From contig CAWEJX010000016.1 in assembly GCA_963809485.1 (NCBI GenBank), positions 32,001 through 96,000 on the forward strand: a stretch of DNA of 64,000 nucleotides, given 5' to 3'. The notes under the pieces were generated by a model. That model searched no databases. It saw only the letters and a program-made list of their open reading frames with translations, and had not been told where the DNA came from. The position numbers and the translations under genes are program-made. The stretch is from an uncultured Acidobacteriota bacterium (GTDB taxonomy: Bacteria > Acidobacteriota > UBA6911). Below, piece by piece: positions 60,491 to 64,000 of this stretch (positions within the stretch are counted from its first letter, which is position 1; each line of letters opens with the position of its first letter).

Positions 60491-60682
60491 TCAGATGTTC
60501 AGCATCTTCTTGACGCGCTTATGGTCCGCTTTGCTCACTATTGCGCTGTCCACTAGTTTTCTCACGCGCTTGCGGGATTTTTTGGTCAATATGTGACGGG
60601 CGTGGCTATGGCGGCGCATGATTTTGCCCGTCCCGGTTACTTTGAATCGTTTTGCCGCACTTTTTGATGTCTTGCGCTTCAC
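60491..60682 (-). CDS. rpmI: 50S ribosomal protein L35
   Basis: [23 protein letters not shown]. Confidence 0.97.
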   Translation of the reverse strand: MKRKTSKSAAKRFKVTGTGKIMRRHSHARHILTKKSRKRVRKLVDSAIVSKADHKRVKKMLNI

Positions 60683-60781
60683 AGGCGTTCTCCCAGCATA
60701 TAATTAATACATGAAACCAATCACACTTTGCCCTTTTGGGCGGATGATACAGGAAGCGGGAAATTCAGGCGACAGTAAAAC

Positions 60782-61306
60782 CTATCGCTTTTTCGGCAAA
60801 AATATGCCGACCAGGGCGTATCCTTCCATCTTTGGGGGCCGCTCGACCTCAGCGATCTCTTCCAGTTCGGCTACCAGCTTTTCCATCAATTTGCGGCCCA
60901 ATTCCTGGTGCGTCATCTCCCGTCCGCGGAAGACGATGCTTGCCTTGGCCTTGTTCCCCTCCGTCAGGAACCGCACGATGTTGTTCTTCTTGAACTGAAA
61001 ATCGTGCTCCTCGGTCTTAGGCCGGAATTTGATTTCCTTAAGGACCACCTGCTTCTGGTGTTTTTTCGCCTCGTGGGCTCGCTTGCTTTTCTGGTACTGA
61101 AACTTGCCGTAGTTCATAATCCTGCAAACGGGGGGATTTGCCCCGGGCGCCACTTCCACGAGGTCCAGTTCCCGGGACCGTGCGATAGCCAGCGCCTGTT
61201 CGGGAGTCATGATTCCCAACTGTCCCGCATCTTCGTCCACAACCCGGATTTCTTTTGCCCGGATCAATTCATTAACACGAACCCTGACTTGTTTGGCTGT
61301 TGTGAT
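60782..61306 (-). CDS. infC: Translation initiation factor IF-3 (non-canonical ATC start)
   Basis: LDLVEVAP.ANPPVC, KEIKFRP, FRGRE; GGAGG 6 nt before ATC. Confidence 0.97.
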   Translation of the reverse strand: MTTAKQVRVRVNELIRAKEIRVVDEDAGQLGIMTPEQALAIARSRELDLVEVAPGANPPVCRIMNYGKFQYQKSKRAHEAKKHQKQVVLKEIKFRPKTEEHDFQFKKNNIVRFLTEGNKAKASIVFRGREMTHQELGRKLMEKLVAELEEIAEVERPPKMEGYALVGIFLPKKR

Positions 61307-61350
61307 TGGCAACCTCCTTTTGTTTTGAGGGAAAAACCGGGTGCCCGCAT

Positions 61351-63147
61351 CTACGGACGGACGGCCCGGGATTTGATGAATCCCTCAATTTTCTCCAAAA
61401 AGCCTCCCAGGGGCTGAGATCCTTCGTCTCCCAGGAAGCGGTTACGCACCGAAACCTCTCCCGATTGCGACTCCTTATCCCCGACGACGAGCATGTAGGG
61501 GATTTTTTGGTTCTGGGCCTCCCGGATCTTGAAGCCCATTTTTTCATTCCTGCAGTCAATCTCGACCCGGAGGTCCGCGCCCACCAGCCGGCGCATCACC
61601 TGGCGGGCATATTCCTGATGACGCTCGGAAATAGGTATTATAACCGCTTGAACCGGCGCCAGCCATATCGGGAACGCTCCTGCGTAATGCTCGATGAGAA
61701 CACCAAGGAATCGTTCGACCGAACCGAGCAGCGCTCGGTGCACCATTACGGGCTGATGGGCAAGCCCGTCGGAAGCCACATACGACAAATCGAAGCGCTT
61801 CGGCAGGGTGAAGTCAAACTGGATGGTCGAAAGCTGCCAGGGCCTGCCGATGGCGTCGATCAGCTTGACGTCGATCTTCGGCCCGTAGAATACAGCCTCA
61901 CCCTCCATGCGCTTCCATCCGATCCCCCGGGAGCGCAGTGCTTCGGTTAAAGCCTCCTCGGCCAGCTTCCAGTCCTCTTCCGTGCCAGCGTAGTCTCCTT
62001 TTTTGGATTCGTCCCGAACCGAAAGCTCCACCTTGTACTGATCGAATCCGAAACTTTGCATTATAAATAAAACCAAATCCATCGTATCGGATATTTCGCC
62101 GTAAACCTGATCGCGGGTACAGAAGATGTGGCCGTCATCCTGGGTGAAGCCCCGGACGCGCAGCATGCCGTGAAGGACGCCGCTCTTTTCATAGCGGTAG
62201 ACCGTTCCGAATTCGGCATAGCGAATGGGCAGGTCCCGATAGCTGCGCATGTGCGATTTATAAATCTGGATGTGCCCGGGGCAGTTCATCGGTTTGATGA
62301 CAAATTCATCGTCATCGATGTTGAACACGTACATGTTCTGCCGGTAGTAATCGTAATGCCCCGATATTCTCCACAAAACGTCGCGCGCCACGTGGGGCGT
62401 TGTCACGAATTCATATCCCCGCCGATACAGCTCTTTGCGCAGAAAATCCTCGATGATCAGCCGCACCCGGGTGCCCTTCGGGTGCCAGAATGCCAGCCCG
62501 GGGCCGGCCTCTTCCGAAATGCTGAAAAGGTCCAGATCTTTCCCCAGTTTGCGGTGGTCGCGCTTTTTGGCTTCTTCGATCTGCTTCAGGTACTCCGAGA
62601 GCGCTTCAGGCGTCAAAAACGCAGTCCCGTAAATTCGCTGCAGCTGCTGGTTGTGCTCGTCACCCCGCCAGTAGGAACCGGCAATGCTGAGGACGTGGAA
62701 GCTTTCGGGATGAATCTGCGCTGTGGAGCAGAGGTGCGGGCCGGTGCAGAAATCCACCAGGCCGCCCAGACGGTAGCATGATAAGCGGTCGCCGGCTTTT
62801 TCCCGGATCAGCTCGACCTTGAGGTGCTCTCCCTGCCCCTGGAAATAATCGATCGCCTCGTCTTTGGACATCATCGACGGTTCATACAGGAGGCCCTGGA
62901 TGGCAATTTCCCGCATCTTGTTTTCGATTTTTGCCAGATCCTCTTCCGCAAAGCCCTCCGGGCGCTCGAAATCGTAATAAAAGCCGTCGCTGATGGCCGG
63001 ACCGATCCCCAGGTGAGTCCCCGGAAAAAGCTTGTTTACCGCCGCAGCCATAAGATGAGAAATACTGTGGCGGTAAACCTCAAGCGCCGCATTTTCATCT
63101 GCTATCTCACCGATGGAGCCGTCTGCGCATTTGATTTTCAACGACAT
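61351..63147 (-). CDS. thrS: Threonine-tRNA ligase
   Basis: RDHRKLG, KPMNCPGH, RVRGFTQDD, FYGPKID. Confidence 0.98.
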   Translation of the reverse strand: MSLKIKCADGSIGEIADENAALEVYRHSISHLMAAAVNKLFPGTHLGIGPAISDGFYYDFERPEGFAEEDLAKIENKMREIAIQGLLYEPSMMSKDEAIDYFQGQGEHLKVELIREKAGDRLSCYRLGGLVDFCTGPHLCSTAQIHPESFHVLSIAGSYWRGDEHNQQLQRIYGTAFLTPEALSEYLKQIEEAKKRDHRKLGKDLDLFSISEEAGPGLAFWHPKGTRVRLIIEDFLRKELYRRGYEFVTTPHVARDVLWRISGHYDYYRQNMYVFNIDDDEFVIKPMNCPGHIQIYKSHMRSYRDLPIRYAEFGTVYRYEKSGVLHGMLRVRGFTQDDGHIFCTRDQVYGEISDTMDLVLFIMQSFGFDQYKVELSVRDESKKGDYAGTEEDWKLAEEALTEALRSRGIGWKRMEGEAVFYGPKIDVKLIDAIGRPWQLSTIQFDFTLPKRFDLSYVASDGLAHQPVMVHRALLGSVERFLGVLIEHYAGAFPIWLAPVQAVIIPISERHQEYARQVMRRLVGADLRVEIDCRNEKMGFKIREAQNQKIPYMLVVGDKESQSGEVSVRNRFLGDEGSQPLGGFLEKIEGFIKSRAVRP

Positions 63148-63382
63148 ATTCTATAAACCAACTCTTGCCCGATTCAATCGAAAGGACAGAAAAAGAAATC
63201 CTTTTTGTGTGCTAGTCTGTAAACCTGGCAGGAAAAGCAACTCGACGGGTAACTTTCATCAGACTCATTCATCCAAGGAGGAGCGCTCGTTCCAAGCTTC
63301 TTTCCGCATTTTTAGCGGCATCTGGCTGCGCCAGCGGCATCGGATCCGTCCGCCGCCGCCCAAATCCGCATGGCAAAAAATT

Positions 63383-63457
63383 TGGTAGGCGCGAGCGGAT
63401 TTGAACCGCTGACCCCTTCCGCGTCAAGGAAGTGCTCTCCCCCTGAGCTACGCGCCT
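63383..63457 (-). tRNA. tRNA-Val(GAC)
   Basis: AGGCGCG acceptor stem, CUUCC-UUGACGC-GGAAG anticodon arm, GGUUCAAAUCC T arm, encoded CCA. Confidence 0.97.
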
Positions 63458-63472
63458 AAAAAATAAGGACTT

Positions 63473-63502
63473 AAACTACCAGAAAGGCCGAAATAGTGTC
63501 AA
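63473..63502 (-). promoter_or_regulatory. Probable promoter of tRNA-Val
   Basis: TTGACA-N18-TAGTTT with TGn extension. Confidence 0.55.
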
Positions 63503-63514
63503 TACCATTTGCCG

Positions 63515-64000
63515 TCAGGCAGCCTTTTTGGCTCTCTCGCCGGCCAGAATCTCCAGCGCCTTGTCTATTTGAATCTTGTCGATCTTTTCCTGCATCAAGC
63601 GGAATTTGCCCGCGTCATCCTGGTCGTCATAGTACGATTCGACCGCCAGGTCCTGGCGCTTATCGTCATCCGGAGCTTGAATATCCGGCAAAATGCCCGC
63701 TTTGCGCACCACCTCATCCTGGATGACTTTCCCTCCCGGCGTGCAGTACTTGGCCGTAGACAAAATGAGCACAGCGCCGCTTTTCAACGGTATCGTCCGC
63801 TGGGCTGAACCGACCCCAAACGATTTTTCGCCCACGATGGTCGCCCGCCCCCTGTCTTTCATTGCTCCGGCTACCAGTTCAGCCGCGCCCGCTGTGGAGC
63901 CGTTGACCAGTACAACCACAGGAAGACCCGTGACGAAATTTTCAGCCTTTGCTTCAACGACCTGAACTTTTTCGCCTTGCCGGTTCTGGCTATAGTAGAG
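63515..64000 (-). CDS. C-terminal part of S41/CtpA-family protein (5' end outside window), catalytic residues substituted
   Basis: PVVVLVNGSTAGAAE, IVGEKSFG.GS.Q, TAKY.TP.G, GI.PD. Confidence 0.85.
   Translation of the reverse strand, partial: LYYSQNRQGEKVQVVEAKAENFVTGLPVVVLVNGSTAGAAELVAGAMKDRGRATIVGEKSFGVGSAQRTIPLKSGAVLILSTAKYCTPGGKVIQDEVVRKAGILPDIQAPDDDKRQDLAVESYYDDQDDAGKFRLMQEKIDKIQIDKALEILAGERAKKAA

Noticed and set aside
63148-63382. Possible T-box leader before thrS, or integration site at tRNA-Val
   Set aside because: No T-box GGTGG.ACCGCG motif, no integrase and no duplicated tRNA 3' end in the window.

Overview
Bacterial chromosomal segment, most likely Acidobacteriota. This is inferred from gene content and style (short PheT, wHTH-TPR regulator, tonB-exbB-exbD-exbD-TPR operon), not from a database search. 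Most of it is housekeeping: serA, pheA, leuA, an argR-argCBD-argA-argJ operon with tandem ARG boxes, an lpxK/heptose LPS operon, RNase P RNA, recA, rpmB, ridA, relA/spoT, tonB-exb, tgt-yajC-secDF, uvrA, 6S RNA-ymdB, thrS-infC-rpmI-rplT-pheST-zapBA and tRNA-Val(GAC). The standout is a lipid/polyketide cluster at 2.7-14.7 kb: FabH, acyl-CoA dehydrogenase, a 2815-aa PfaA-like synthase and an Sfp-type PPTase. The synthase (KS-AT-KS-ACPx3-KR-DH) has a second, apparently intact KS. All three of its ACPs carry Thr instead of the canonical phosphopantetheinyl Ser (LGIDTVK). Intergenic DNA is rich in nested palindromic elements: five co-oriented IS200/IS605-like miniature elements with Russian-doll inverted repeats and a flipped 43-bp core, plus heptamer-repeat hairpins and AACGTT arrays. 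Other oddities are an apparently exported tetrapyrrole-methylase fusion, an S41 pseudo-protease, an inverted ssrS-ymdB block and two single-base frameshifts.
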